From: Octopus vulgaris
Lineage: Eukaryota
Length of the DNA stretch: 64,000 nt
Assembly: GCA_951406725.2 (NCBI GenBank)
Contig: OX597820.1
Location: 41,540,001 to 41,604,000 of the forward strand
Direction of reading: 5' to 3'
Position numbers and translations under genes: made by a program. The number at the start of each line of letters is the position of its first letter. The stretch's first letter is position 1. Below are positions 1 to 14,565 of the stretch, one piece after another. The notes below the pieces were generated by a model. It did no database searches, was not told the DNA's origin, and saw only the letters and a list, made by a program, of their open reading frames with translations.

Positions 1-167
1 TGCTGCGGTGATACAAAAGGACTGTGCAACTGACAAAACAGGAATTAAAAGATCTCTCGGTTGTGGGTCAGTATGCTGAGATCTCCATTCTCACACAAGG
101 GCGTTATTTTCCTTTCTTCTCTTTCTTTTTTGCATGCCTTTTTGCGTTTATTATTACTCGTTTATAA

Positions 168-563
168 GGCGGTGAGCTGGCAGAAGCGTTAGCACGCCGG
201 GCGAAATGCGTAGCCGTATTTCGTCTGCCTTAACGTTCTGAGTTCAAATTCCGCCGAGGTCGACTTTGCCTTTCATCCTTTCGGGGTCGATAAATTAAAT
301 ACCAGTTGCGCACTGGGGTCGATGTAATCGACTTAATCCGTTTGTCTGTCCTTGTTTGTCCCCTCTGTGCTTAGCCTCTTGTGGGTAGTAAAGAAATAAG
401 TATTTCGTCTGTCTTTACGTTCTGAGTTCAAATTCCGCCGAGGTCGACTTTGCTTTTCATCCTTTCGGGGTAAATAAATTAAGTGCCAGTTGCGTACTGG
501 GGTTGATCTAATCGACTGACCCCCTCCCCCCAAATTTCGCGCCTCTTGCTTAGAGTAGAATAG
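168..563 (+). mobile_element. tRNA-derived SINE family A, dimeric copy with 18-bp TSD
   Basis: A-box-like TGGCAGAAGCGTTAG and B-box GAGTTCAAATTCC. The central block GTCGACTTTGC(C/T)TTTCATCCTTTCGGGGT occurs twice (monomers ~168-400 and ~401-563). Direct repeat ATTATTACTCGTTTATAA at 150-167 and 564-581. Confidence 0.9.
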
Positions 564-729
564 ATTATTACTCGTTTATAAATAATACTTTTAAGCTACT
601 TTTGTATGATAAAAACATGGAAAGATTGACTTTGATGCATTTCTTCACGAAAATTGTGCGAGCAAAGGTATGACTATGTGCAATCTTATATACTACGGTA
701 CGTTAAATAGATACGTCTTTTTTTAAATA

Positions 730-1148
730 ATGGTTTCAAATTTCACAAGAGCAGGAATTTTGGGGGATGGGATGAGTCAATTACATTGACCCCGGTGTAA
801 AACTGGTACTTATTTTATCGAGGATGAAAGTGAAGTCGAACTTGGCGGAATTTGAACTCAGATCCTAGGGACGGGCGAAATACAGTTAAGCATTTCGCCC
901 AACGCGCTAACGATTCTTTTCTATTTTAGGCACGAGGTCAGATATTTTGAGGGAGGGGGCCTGTCGATTAGATCGATTCCAGTACGCAACTGGTACTTAA
1001 TTTATCGACCTGAAGGATGAAAGCAAAGTCGACCTCGGCGGAATTTGAGCTCAGATTGTAGGGACGGACGAAATACTGTTAAGCATTTCGTCTAACGCGC
1101 TAACGATTCTGCCAGCTCACCGCCTTCGATAACGATTCTGCTAACCCG
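730..1148 (-). mobile_element. Two family A SINE copies, one (918-1126) apparently nested in the head of the other
   Basis: Both are reverse complements of the family A head plus the second-type tail. TAACGATTCT is duplicated at 908-917 and 1130-1139, and the older head continues after 1139. Confidence 0.8.
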
Positions 1149-1530
1149 TGCATAATAGAATCGGATAACGGAATGGGTACCATATGTGTCTGACAGAAAC
1201 TGTGAAGGGGTACGTCATATTGAGAACATACACACGCACACATATACACGTGCACACATACATATTTATATTCACACAAACTGTGTGTGGATATGAATAT
1301 AAGGCTCTGTGAATGTGTTTGTGAGTGTATGTATTTTCGGTGATATATAAATTTGAAGGATATACATAAACTTTAGGCAGCAAACCGAATCACCGGTCCT
1401 TCGTAAACTTTGAGATATTGAGTTTAAAGACTCCTGTGTCATTTTCTCTTCTTTACTTTATAGTGATCATTTCCAAAGGATTTCACATTTGCAAAGGTTT
1501 AGATGAAGACAGAGAGAAAAAGAGAAATTG

Positions 1531-1567
<37 letters not shown>

Positions 1568-1804
1568 AAAGAGAGAAAGAGAGAGATTGTTTGTGTAAGT
1601 GAATTACAGGATGTGCTTATGTGTGCGCATATGTATGTGTGCTCTTGTTGTACCGATGGTAATTTAGGAAGTTTTAAGAAGTAAATATTGTGAAAACCAT
1701 GCAGTCTATCTAGTCTCTGGCACTTCAGAATTAGAGCACTGGGCTGAAATTTTGGTTCTACTGTAATGTTTTCGCCTGTAGTATAATGGTAAATCTCGGC
1801 AGAC

Positions 1805-1990
1805 AGTTAAATCGATTCCGGCACTTGACTGGTACTTTTATTGACCCCAAAGGTGCGCGTGTGTAAGTGGGTGGTATAATGAAAGTCCAAAAATTTAGAA
1901 GTATTTAAAGTTAGAAGATAAATAGCTGGAACAAATACGAAAAATGTATTTTGTCTGAGTCTCTGCCGCATCTACTAATCTACCATCCTA
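1805..1990 (-). mobile_element. Degenerate family A SINE remnant
   Basis: aatcgattccggcacttgactggtactttta-ttgacccc resembles the reverse-complement central block of family A. Confidence 0.5.
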
Positions 1991-3100
1991 ACTTCCTTGT
2001 CACTCTCACCGCTAGAAAAGCATTAAACTCTGGAAGCCTTTAATCAACGATACTCTTTTTCATGAATCTCGATTGAAAATAAAATAAATTTATAGATTTA
2101 CATTTTTATGCGAAAACATTGTGGTAAACTACGAAATAGTGAAAAATCAATAATTCAACTGATTTCTTTATTTATTGAAACCCTTACCCCACAAAAAATA
2201 GAAAAAAGAAAAAGGAAAAAAAGAAAACTTCCTTTTGTTGAATAGCGTTCGTCACATTAACAAGAAAATATACTTAGAAATATATTTAAAAAGAGAGACA
2301 TCAAATACAAAAGAACGCAAATATAAAACTAAGGCTGATAGAAAAAAATTAATTCTTTCCAAAATCAATAAGGTGTAACGGCTATAGTGACAACGAATCT
2401 TATATCCTTATTGGTAATGTGTTATATTCATAGGAAACATATTCATCACTCAATGGCTCTTTCAACCTAACTCCAAATAGACACAATGAGGCGGTACAGT
2501 ATTTAAAATAATTATTGACTGACATAAAAATATCTCATGCATGTGTGTGCACGCATACGCGCACGTGTGTGCGTGCGTGCGTGTGTATATGCGTGCGTGC
2601 ATGCCTGGGTTTTCGGGCGTGTGTTGTCAACCGGTGTGAGAAGAAATATGGTACAGTCGATGTTCTCTCTCCTCGCATTTTCTGACAATCTTTTAACATA
2701 GTTAAGCTCTTCTCTGTTGTTCACCTAAATACGATGGCCAAACGCATATAATAGTCACATACACTGACATCCATTAGCATATATGTGTGATATACAGATA
2801 TTTCACCACAATATTCTTTAAGATCGCTATAACTTACATTGTGTAGAAGGGTTTATTGGCCAGAGAAGTCTCTAAGTATTAACCTTTTGATATATCGAAA
2901 AGCCATATAGCACAATTCACATTTCCACAGTGTTAATATGAAGAAATACCCATTCTCTCGCCGATACACAATTCTACAAACAAATACACAGTGACGAATA
3001 TATAGACATACACAGGTTAAAAGACTATTTCGAAAGTTTTCTTTGTGTTAGTGTCTATGAAATGATGGATCTGAGATAAAATGTTATTATGAAATAAACC

Positions 3101-3260
3101 AGGAGTGGCAGTGTTGTAAGTAGCTTGCTTACCAACCACATGGTCCCGGGTTCAGTCCCAATGCGTGGCACCATGGGCAAGTATCTTCTACTATAGCCTC
3201 GGGCAGATCAAAGCCTTGTGAGTGGATTTGGTAGACGGAAACTGAAAGAAGCCCGTCGTA
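3101..3260 (+). mobile_element. tRNA-derived SINE family B (CORE-like), 5' half running into a (TA)n/(TG)n array
   Basis: GAGTGGCAGTGTTGTAAG ... GGTTCAGTCCC ... ATGGGCAAGT ... GGAAACTGAAAGAAGCCCGTCG, homologous to 55143-55305. Confidence 0.85.
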
Positions 3261-3268
3261 TATATATG

Positions 3269-3316
<48 letters not shown>

Positions 3317-3403
3317 TGTATGTACGTGTTTCTGTTTGTACGCGTTTGTGTGTGTATGTGTGTGCGCGTAAATACAAAGATAAACACACATATATAAGTT
3401 ACA

Positions 3404-3462
<59 letters not shown>

Positions 3463-5322
3463 AACTATGTGTGTGTGCGTGTATATATATATACTCACAC
3501 AAATATATATATATATTTATATGCATGTATTTACGCATGTATATTTGTGATGTGCATACCTATGAGTGTATGCGATAGTGTATAAAAATCTGCATATTAA
3601 CAAGTATGCATACACGCCTGCGCACCATATACATACATACATACATACATACATACATACATACATACATACATGCACGCACACACACGGAGGCACGCAC
3701 ACACACACACACACACATATGAATACATACCATATATATATGCATGCATGAATGTATGTATATTCAGGTGACGGAATTAATTCGGTCGTACCAGCGTAGC
3801 CAAATGTTTAGATCAAGTAAGTTACCATGCCTAGAGACCAAGCACAGCAGGGTTTTAATTCATGAGTCATCAATGAAACTTGCATTGCCAATGGGCTTTT
3901 TTCTATATTCATATTTTTTCATTCACTAATTGCTTTTCTGCATCTATCCTTTTTTTTTATCCTTCCTATTTTATAAGTGTTTGTGACAATATTAGAATGT
4001 GCATTTTGAAAAGTATTTTTTTTCTTCCTTCAGTTAACTCCCCTGATTATCTTGATAAGTGATGCGAAGCAGAAAATTCCAAAAATTCAGCCATCGTTTT
4101 GGTTAGAAGGTGAGATGAAATTGCAACACCGTTCATTAAACCCTCCATTATTTTGTTCAGAATTAACGCGAAACAAGCGTAAAACAAGCGATATGAAGCA
4201 ATGTTAACGCCCTAGTGATACAAACAGCCTTAATACCGTATACTTTCTATAGTCAATTAGTTTCACTACACACCCTCTCTTTCTCTCTTCTTCTCGCAAT
4301 CTCTCTCTCCATTTCTCTCTCTCCCTACTTTCGCTATCTCTCCATCGCACACGCATTAACATACATGCACACATGTATACACGAGCAAATAAAAGATTCA
4401 AAAGCACACACGCACAACTCCCCCCCACACACGTACACAGACACACATAAACATACACACAAATATACACACACACAAAGATACACACACACACACACAC
4501 GTAGAAACGTACCTCCACCCAAATAGTTTGTGTTTTACTAAAAATCAAACTCTCATTTTTTCTGTACTAATATTCACATAAATGCCAGTTATGATTTCAA
4601 AATTCGTCTGGTTTTACACAATCAAATCAATGCACTTATATTACAGGTCCATTTTTCATACTCTAGTAAAACAAGATACGAAGTCAATGACTTAAGTATT
4701 TGAATTAAGAAAAAATACACGAATCTTATGCACATTTATGTATGCAGCATACGACCCACTCATAGTTTCTTGCTTTGGAGACACGAGTCTATAGGCAAGT
4801 CTTTATAATACGCCTGGTGTCTCCAAGCCACATCAGGCTCTGAATACATTGTCTATTCTGTTTGCAAATCAGGACGATGGTACATGAGAAATGACAAGCA
4901 AAAATGAGAAAGTAGATGCAAAAAGTGGAAGGTTGAAAATAAACAGCAAAAGCATGTGAAGCCGCAATTAAGCTATTTGTAGAATTATTCAACATACATA
5001 TATATATGTGTATGTGCGTGTATGTATATATATATATCAGAGGACTTCGGACTTTCTTGTTTCCTATCCATGGGGTTGAATTTAGTAAACCAGGTTGAGT
5101 TGGGCTCTAAGCTGTACCACAAGCAACTTACCTTGATGGAGAACTGTAACAGAAAAAAGACTTAGGCGTGCTGTCCATGGAATTGTGGCAAACATTTGCA
5201 GTTACTTTCTGATATCATGTCTATCTGTCTGTCTGTCTGTCTCTCTCTGTCTGTGTCTGTCTTTGTATCTCTCTGTTTGTTTGCTTCTTTCTCTCTCTCT
5301 CTCTCTGTATATACATATATAT

Positions 5323-5550
5323 TCTTTCATTCTTTTATTCTTTTATTTGTTTCAGTCATTTGACTGCGGCCATGCTGGAGCACCGCTTTTAGTCGAAGAA
5401 ATCGACACCAGGACATATTCTTTGTAAGCCTAGTACTTATTGTATCGGTCTCTATTGCCGAACCACTAAGTTACGGGAGCGTGAACACACCAACATCGGT
5501 TGTCAAATGATGGTTGTGGGGGACAAACACAGACACACAAACATACACAC
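5323..5550 (-). mobile_element. SINE family B, 3' half
   Basis: Reverse complement of 55340-55545 (GCGGTGCTCCAGCATGGCCGCAGTCAAATGACTGAAACAA plus an A-rich tail). Confidence 0.85.
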
Positions 5551-5564
5551 AGATACGCCCCACT

Positions 5565-5598
<34 letters not shown>

Positions 5599-5701
5599 TG
5601 CACAATTACACAACCATGTACGCAACTCGCGCGCACACAAAAACACCCAAAACTCACATAAAGATACATAACCATATATACACCCAAGCGTACATGCACA
5701 C

Positions 5702-5770
<69 letters not shown>

Positions 5771-6090
5771 ATGCACGTTACATTTCGTGCGTTGTAAAGA
5801 TGTGTTAGCTTCCTTGAGATCTTAGTATATGTAACTATATACAAATCCATGTATTTGCGTACGAATTGCGTGCTACACGGTTTTAAATCATGCGTGTACG
5901 CTGATGCAATCATATGCGCATGTACACATCTTCTGGCTGTTATCAGTGTACCTGGTTATATGATCTTCTGAGCATACCGTGTGATATTGGCAATAATTTG
6001 TAATTACACACGTATCTAAATATTAAAATCCCAGCATTGTAGAATAAGTTGAGCATATCATACGGGTAGCACGAAGTCTATTTCGGGCAC

Positions 6091-6169
<79 letters not shown>

Positions 6170-6647
6170 TCACACTACAGACACGCACACACACAAACAC
6201 ATACCCACCTACGCGCGCGCTTACACGCTTCTATGTCTTACATCACACGTTTCTCTCTCTGTCTCTCTCTTTACCTCTCTACCTATCTGTCCCTTTCTTT
6301 GTACATATTATATATACGTATGTGTGTGTATGCGTGTGTTTGTGTGTGGTGTACATACATATAAAGACATAGCTTTAGGCCTACATACTCACACATATAT
6401 ACCATTAGAGATATACAGACATACACGCAACTAGTGAGAGATTCATCGTATGCATGTATATATATATATACATTTTCAGAATGTTTTTTACAAATACACA
6501 TGCTGATATATGACCTACGTTGGACTCCTCATTCGAATAATCACCGAACCTGGAGTTTAACTATAGTCTGTCCATAGCACTTATTCAGCATTACCTGACA
6601 CCTTTGGGTCTTATTGACACCATTACCTCTTACAACCTATATGTATG

Positions 6648-6687
<40 letters not shown>

Positions 6688-6723
6688 CATACATATATAT
6701 GCATATATACATATATATATGAG

Positions 6724-6767
<44 letters not shown>

Positions 6768-6802
6768 CATACATATATATGCATATATACATATATATAT
6801 GA

Positions 6803-6864
<62 letters not shown>

Positions 6865-6955
6865 GTTCTAAATCCTACCCCGCGATAGGTGAAAATCCAC
6901 GGAGTAGAAATAGTGTTGTTCTGCATATTTTTGAAATTATGTTTATAATTTTTTT

Positions 6956-7101
6956 AGGCGTGGCTCTATGGTAAGAAGCTTGCTTCCCAACCATATGGTT
7001 CAGAGTTCAGTCCCACTGCGCTGCACGTTAAGCAAGTGTTTTCTACTGGCCGACCAAAACTTTGTGGGTGGATATGGTTGACGAAAACTGAAAGAAGGCC
7101 G

Positions 7102-7103
<2 letters not shown>
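6956..7103 (+). mobile_element. SINE family B, 5' half followed by (TA)n
   Basis: GGCGTGGCTCTATGGTAAGAAGCTTGCTTCCCAACC...GTTCAGTCCCACTGCG...AAACTGAAAGAAGGCCGTC. Confidence 0.8.
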
Positions 7104-7179
<76 letters not shown>

Positions 7180-7469
7180 CTGAGCTCAAGTCCAGCTTGT
7201 CTTCTCCGACTAGAATCACATCGACATCTATAAATAAATACATACGTAAATGCAGTTATATACTCAAACTCACACCTGCCAATCACGTAAGAGCATAATT
7301 TTCAGAACGAAACAAAGGAAAGTGTATGGAAAATTTTTATTTTTCAGTTTTAAAGACAGCCGTTAAGACTCTCCGGCAACGTAACTTGTTTCAATTTTAA
7401 ATATTGGCTATTGAGCAAATCAGATGGTAGGCAGCTCCGGGTTTGTGCATGTGTATACATGGGGCCCTG

Positions 7470-7470
7470 C

Positions 7471-7552
<82 letters not shown>

Positions 7553-7583
7553 GTCTGTCTATCTATTTGTCTATCTATCTGTA

Positions 7584-7620
<37 letters not shown>

Positions 7621-7699
7621 GTCTATGTATCTGCCTGTCTGTCTGTCTATCTGTCTGTCGATCTGTGTCTATCTATCTATCTGTCTGTCTGTCTATCTA

Positions 7700-7786
<87 letters not shown>
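7470..7786. repeat. (ATCT)n/(GTCT)n compound tetranucleotide microsatellite
   Basis: Directly visible; source of the 'IYLS/VCLS' pseudo-ORFs. Confidence 0.95.
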
Positions 7787-7788
<2 letters not shown>

Positions 7789-8169
7789 GTTTTCATCCCC
7801 CCAAAAGAAAGCTCTACCTTGTAACTTGTCCCATCTGTGTGCAGCCCTGTGTGGCCAATAAAGAAACTTATCTTTCTATCTATCTATCTATCCGTCTGTC
7901 AACACACACATACACCACTCCCATACGCATACGTATTGAAAGATGAATATAGGTTAGAATGGGAGTGTTAAAATGGTCTATAGCACATACACACACACAC
8001 ACACGTACTTAAACGCGTGCTTCTAATGAAATCATGTTCACGTCCGCAAATTTTCTGCTTTTTTTTTCCTTTCTTGAAGACAAGCCACATGACAGGAAGT
8101 AAGTCACATGCTTTTTGAAAAGCATTTTAACTAAATAACTCCATTGGAACTATTATATGAAATCAATAT

Positions 8170-8380
8170 AATGGTGCTTGTTATTCTTAGCCCCAGGCTA
8201 TCCTTGATTAAAGAAACCTATCAAAGAAGACATTCAAGTCGTGATCATCCCATCAATTAATCATATGATTTATTGAGTATTTTTCTTTTTTGGTTAAGAC
8301 AGTATGTTGAGATTTGAAGCAATATCGACTGTCATTTTTAGCGGTCCGAGAGACACGTTGATTCTCCTCTTTGTTGTGAT
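8170..8380 (+). repeat. Old interspersed repeat family E (also ~25960-26160 minus, ~37560-37740 minus, ~49120-49300 plus, ~62000-62105 plus)
   Basis: Shared degenerate motif of the type GATTT(G/A)G(C/T)TGCTAT(T/A)TCTAGCAGGTCG...CTCCCTC.GTTG, plus a TTAGCCCCAG head in some copies. Confidence 0.5.
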
Positions 8381-9122
8381 GGACGTTGACTTCACGCCTG
8401 GCAGCTTTTATGTATCAATCTTATGCTTGTACGCTTCAATGAGAATGGTTGTTCTATTTGGTAAGATTCCGATGCAAAAATAATGGTCGGCACGAAACCA
8501 AGCCTGTGCCATGAAGCGTTATAATCTCATAAGGAAAGTATGTTAAGCAAGCCTGGGAATGAGGGTGGTGGTGGAACATCCGTTCAACAATCCGACAGGC
8601 TGTACTAAGAGTTAGCGGCCATGTTGGAATGTTGGATGCAAAACACGGCAAAATTAGATAAAATTAGATATCTACTGCAATCGGTTTCAATATACCTTCT
8701 ACCAATTGCTTCTGTTTTAAAATCACGTAAATCGCGCCTAAATGTGTATATAAGTGTACAAAACATCATAGCGAACACACCACACCATATACATACAGTA
8801 AGCTGCATATTGCAAATTTCTATATGTTCTGAAAACATACAAATTATATGTTCCGATTTTTCATCATCATCATCATATCTCTCTCCCTCTCGTTCCGTCT
8901 CTCTCGCTCGCTCCGCCTCTCCCCCTCTCTCTCTCAATCCGTCTCTCTCTCTCTCGCTCTGTATCTCTCTCTCTCTCATTCCGTATCTCCCAACTCTCTC
9001 TCTCACTCTCTCTCGCTCACTCTCTCTCGCTCACTCACTCTTTCTTTCTCTGTCACTTTTTCGCTTTCTCTCTCTGACTCCCCCACTTTTGCATTCTCTA
9101 TAGATACGCCAACGCATATAAA

Positions 9123-9184
<62 letters not shown>

Positions 9185-9799
9185 CACACACACACACGCA
9201 CACGCACACACACACACACTCACACACACACATATATATATATGCTGTGTCCATGTTTGTATATATATATATATCTACCATTTTCTTTGTCTCTATTTCC
9301 CTCTCTGTATATAACAGTGTGGGTGTGCGCGCATATGTTAAATGTAGACACGCGTATTTATAACCAGATCATCGGTGCTTATTAAATTTACCTGTTTTAA
9401 ATATTACATATATAAGCATGCACCCCTCCGCCCACAAACACAAACATACAGACACCCACTTGTATGTAAAAAGGTAGACAAATTATTATGGAATAATGAT
9501 ATATCAAAACATACTTCTACGAGTATTTCTCAAAGATTTTTGTTCACAAACTATATGTAACGCATGGAATTGTGAAATAACTGTCAACCCACTTATGGTC
9601 ATAAATACAATGCAGTTGTCTTTCAAATACTTTGTCCTGACATTTATCTTACTTGTAAGTCCAGAAAGGAATCGGTAAGCAGAAAACAACAAAAAGACAG
9701 GATATTCTAAATTATAGCACACAGAGCCTGTACTTATTTTGTTTTATCTCCAAGAATTCTGTTTCGGCACTGACATACTCCTTTAACACTCAGTTAATT

Positions 9800-10130
9800 A
9801 GTCCATTCACTCACACACTCACTCACTCATTCACTACACGTTCACTCACTCGTACACTTACACACGGACTCAGTCAGCTACTCAGTCACTCACTCCCACC
9901 AACCCTCACTCACTCACTCACCCCCCATTCACTCACTCACCCCACTCACTCACTCACTCGCTCACTCACTCACTCGCTCACGTACTCACTCGCTCACGCA
10001 CTCACTCGCTCACGCACTCACTCGCTCACGCACTCACTCGCTCGCTCACGCACTCACTCGCTCACTCGCTCACTCCCTCGCTCTCTCCCTCGCTCACTTA
10101 CTCACTCATTCACTCACTCACTCACTCACT
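9800..10130. repeat. (ACTC)n microsatellite with an emerging 16-bp higher-order unit CTCACTCGCTCACGCA
   Basis: Directly visible tandem pattern at ~9985-10060. Confidence 0.9.
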
Positions 10131-10272
10131 TATACATTTATCTAAAAAGAAATCCACACACAGAAACAATTAATCAAATCGCCAATTACACATCCATCCA
10201 GTCATTCAATGATTCAATGAATGACTCAGTAATGGTGAGGCATCATATCAGATGTAAAAATATATGTATCCG

Positions 10273-11467
10273 TAAAGGGAAGTCAAAATTTATCCGTTGT
10301 TACTTAAGGCTGGCCGCAATGCCTTCAGCTGTGGTCATGTAACCGAGGTTTGACCTTGATCTATACAGGTTACATTCTTGTGTTATAGTGTAAACTTGGT
10401 CGACCCTCTGTCAGTGAGCACCAAGGATGAACAGAGATCAGTATTCCGATTTCTTTGGTCTGAAGGTGTGTCAAGTGCTGAATTTTATCGCAGGTTTTCA
10501 GTAAGATACGAGACAGCATAAAAGTGTGGCTGAGTGGACTGAGGAGCTTAAAAATAACAGGACAAGCACGTAACACGAAGAGGAAGAGGGAGAGGTATGC
10601 CTATCAACCTCCACCACTGATGTGATGATTCAACAAGCTCAATACAAGGTTCTGGCGAACCAATGAGTGACTATCGATGAGGTGGTATGTTCTCTGCAAT
10701 TCAGTCGTGGTTCTTCTGCATACGAAATTATCCACGAGAACCTTCGCTTCCTTAAAGTCTGTGTGAGATCGGTGCCAAGGGATCTTATCGAGGGGCATAA
10801 GCGCAGTTGTAAGGAAATCTGCGAACGTAGAATTATCTGTCAACATAGATGAGACTGGTGTCCACCACATTGAATTACAATCCAAAGGGCTGGAATCGCC
10901 AGAGAAAAGAAAACTTTTCGGAGAAAAATGTGATGTAAATGAGTTGCATTTAGGGAGGCAAAAGAACCTATACTGGATCGTAACCTGGGGTACAATCTTC
11001 AGTGTAGGGTACAATACAACACCGATCAACAGAGTGAAACCAGCAATTCACACCAAACGCTGAGGTTCATTATGAAAGTAAGTACAATATTTGCCGACAA
11101 TGTACTCCCACATACGGCTGCCCACACCGTTGAAAGAACACAAAAATTAGGCTTTGAGTTGCTGGAAGACCATGCATACAATCCAGATATCAATTCTTCT
11201 GACTATCACCTCTTTGGACAGCCCAGACATCCTTTAGAAGGTCATCGTTTAGTTACGGATGAAGTAGCCCAACAAATGTTGTATAAATGCCTGCGCGATG
11301 AGCCGAAAACCTTATCTTGGACGGAATGATGAAGCTTGTGGCGGCTGGAAGTTGTGCATCGAGAGTCAAGAAGACGATATCGAAAAATAATGAACTTGTG
11401 CAACCACTATCTCTGTTTTAATAAATTACACAAAAAAGTGCTAATAATTTTTTTACTTATGCTCATA
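10273..11467 (+). mobile_element. Decayed mariner (DD34D-type) DNA transposon
   Basis: Frameshifted transposase motifs: FLKVCVRSVPRDL (WVPREL-like), DNVLPHTA (HDNARPH) and AYNPDINSSDYHLFG (YSPDLAPSDYHLF). Degenerate TIR-like ends at ~10273-10296 and ~11438-11467. Confidence 0.85.
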
Positions 11468-11469
11468 TC

Positions 11470-11607
11470 TGTCCGTCCGTCCATCCATCCATCCATCCAT
11501 CCATCCATCCATCCATCCATCCATCCATCCATCCATCCATCTATCTATATGTGTGCATGCATACATACATACACACGCATACATACATACATGCATACAT
11601 ACATACA

Positions 11608-11641
<34 letters not shown>

Positions 11642-11872
11642 CATACATACATATATACATACATAAATACATACATACATACATACATATATACATACAT
11701 ATATACATATATACATACATATATACATACATATATACATATATACATACATATATGCATACATATATACATACATATATACATATATACATACAAATAT
11801 ACATACATATATACATACATATATACATACATATATACATACATATATACATACATATATACATACATATAT
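11470..11872. repeat. (CATC)n/(CATA)n compound microsatellite
   Basis: Directly visible. Confidence 0.95.
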
Positions 11873-12111
11873 GACATGACACATAGGCCAAACTCTACAA
11901 ACGCAATGAGTCACTGACTGTTTGTAATGTACAGATCATAAAGTATCATTAACGGGTTGATTTGAAATTATATTTAATAGTTATTCATATTTTTGTGATC
12001 CTTCACCACATATTCCACATCGCCCGATAACGGATCACCTGCATACAAGCATATATACTTGCGTATACACACACACAAAGGCATATAAATATACGTATCT
12101 ACATATACATG

Positions 12112-12151
<40 letters not shown>

Positions 12152-12809
12152 GATTAGAGAGAGAGAGAGAGACAGACAGACAGGCAGAGAGAAAGACGGA
12201 GAGAGAGAGAGGGAGTGAAAGATAGAGAGAGATAGGTAGATAAATAGATGTGTGTATGTATATATATATATGAATATATACACACACACACATAAACATA
12301 CAATTATATATATAGATGAAGCTCACAAATTTTCACTTCGTGTCGACTTTGTACTTCCGGATTTTCGTACATGTCTAGTATCAAAATGTATTCGTGAAAG
12401 TGAGCATGTATGTGTTTATATATCCTTTTACGTATAAACGTGAGCATGAGTATGTATGTGTATGTGATATGTTTTTGTGTATGTGTGCGTGGGGGGCTGG
12501 TGCGTCTGCGTGAGCGGTATCAGATGCCTCGATCTTCGTCACGAATATCATTAAATAAGATTTCAAGATACATCAGTAAATAAATTATAGACGCAGACAC
12601 ATGTAGAATGGGGGTGTTAGTAATGTTTCTGTGTGCATATACACATAAATGCATATATATAACACAATATAATATCATATAACATATATATATACACACA
12701 CACAACATATACATAATGTTTAAATGAGATATATTATAAATATATAACCTAATACATATATACATATATATACATATATTCATAATATGTACATTTTATA
12801 AATAAATAT

Positions 12810-13113
<304 letters not shown>

Positions 13114-13789
13114 ATAGTTAATATTTAATATTCACATGCGTGTGCGTATGTGTTAGTGCATGACTACCAGATTTGTACGCGAATATTCTGCACATGCGCG
13201 CGTGTGGGTTTGTATCGGGAGACGTTGGGAAAATGTGAAATAATGCTATTATATGTTCTGATGTTTCTAGTTCAAAATAATGAAGAGAAAATACATTCAA
13301 AAATTCGATGTAAGTAATATTAAGATAGCAAAGTGGATGATTTATACAAAGAGTATATAAATATATAAATAAAGAAATAAACAAACAAACAAACAAACAA
13401 ATAGATAAATAGATAAATAAATATACAAACAAGCAGTCTCACAAACAGATAAATATCCATCTTTTGAATATAATTGAAAGGAACCCATAGCAATATAAAC
13501 AAAAGAACAGAGTTTCTCTTGATATGAAGAGCTGAAAATCTCAGCATGGATATATTGCAAACAGGAAGAGGAAGCAGGACCGGATCACCATAAAATCAAA
13601 AACTCTGATCTCAAAACTACCGAATGGCAAGTACAAAAAGCACCTCTCAGAAGTCTGATGGAGCATTAATAGTGGAATAAAACTGCTCTTTACAGTAGTA
13701 AGATGTTATAGAGCATACAGTCCGCTTTCATGAGTACAACTACTGAAGAAAAACAGGGGAAAAAAATGGAAAATATATAATGGTAAACA

Positions 13790-13826
<37 letters not shown>

Positions 13827-14229
13827 AGTGTGTGGAGAGAGAGAGAGACGGAGAGAGATAGAGTGAATTAGTGAGAGGTTGTTATACGTGCGTGTCTATG
13901 TGCACATTTATACCTATGCATATATATATGAGTGTGTGTTAGTGTGTGAATGTAAATATATATAAGTGAGCATATGTATATATATATGTATATTTATATG
14001 TATATACTTACATACATGTATATATATATATATATACTTACATACATGTCTATATATATATATATTTATATATATATATATATATTCATACGTAAATATA
14101 AAATAGATAGATAAAAGATAGATAAAAGATAGATAGAAAGACAGACCGACAGACAGACAAACAGACAGACCGACAGACAGACAGACCGACAGACAGACAG
14201 ATAGACAGACAGCCCGACTGATAGATAGG

Positions 14230-14260
<31 letters not shown>

Positions 14261-14565
14261 GTAGGTAGATGGATAGATAGGTAGATAGATAGATAGATAG
14301 ATAGATAGTGGAATTTGAGGAAATAGACAAAAAAATATGATGAAATTACATGAGTCATATGGCTTTGCTTATACAGATGGTGCAAACGTTTCGTTTCTGA
14401 AAATTATGGACAGCTAAGAGATTGAAATGTTGTATATAAACACATTCATCCACACAATTACATACAGCAACAAATTTATACTCACAAGCACATGCACTAA
14501 TATTACCAGCCACACACTGCGGTCTGCTTGTGTGTGTATGTATATATATATATTTATATATTTCT

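Noticed and set aside
168-1126. Repeated ~30-40 bp blocks that might suggest a CRISPR array
   Set aside because: They are internal segments of SINE copies in mixed orientation, with no regular repeat-spacer periodicity and no cas genes.
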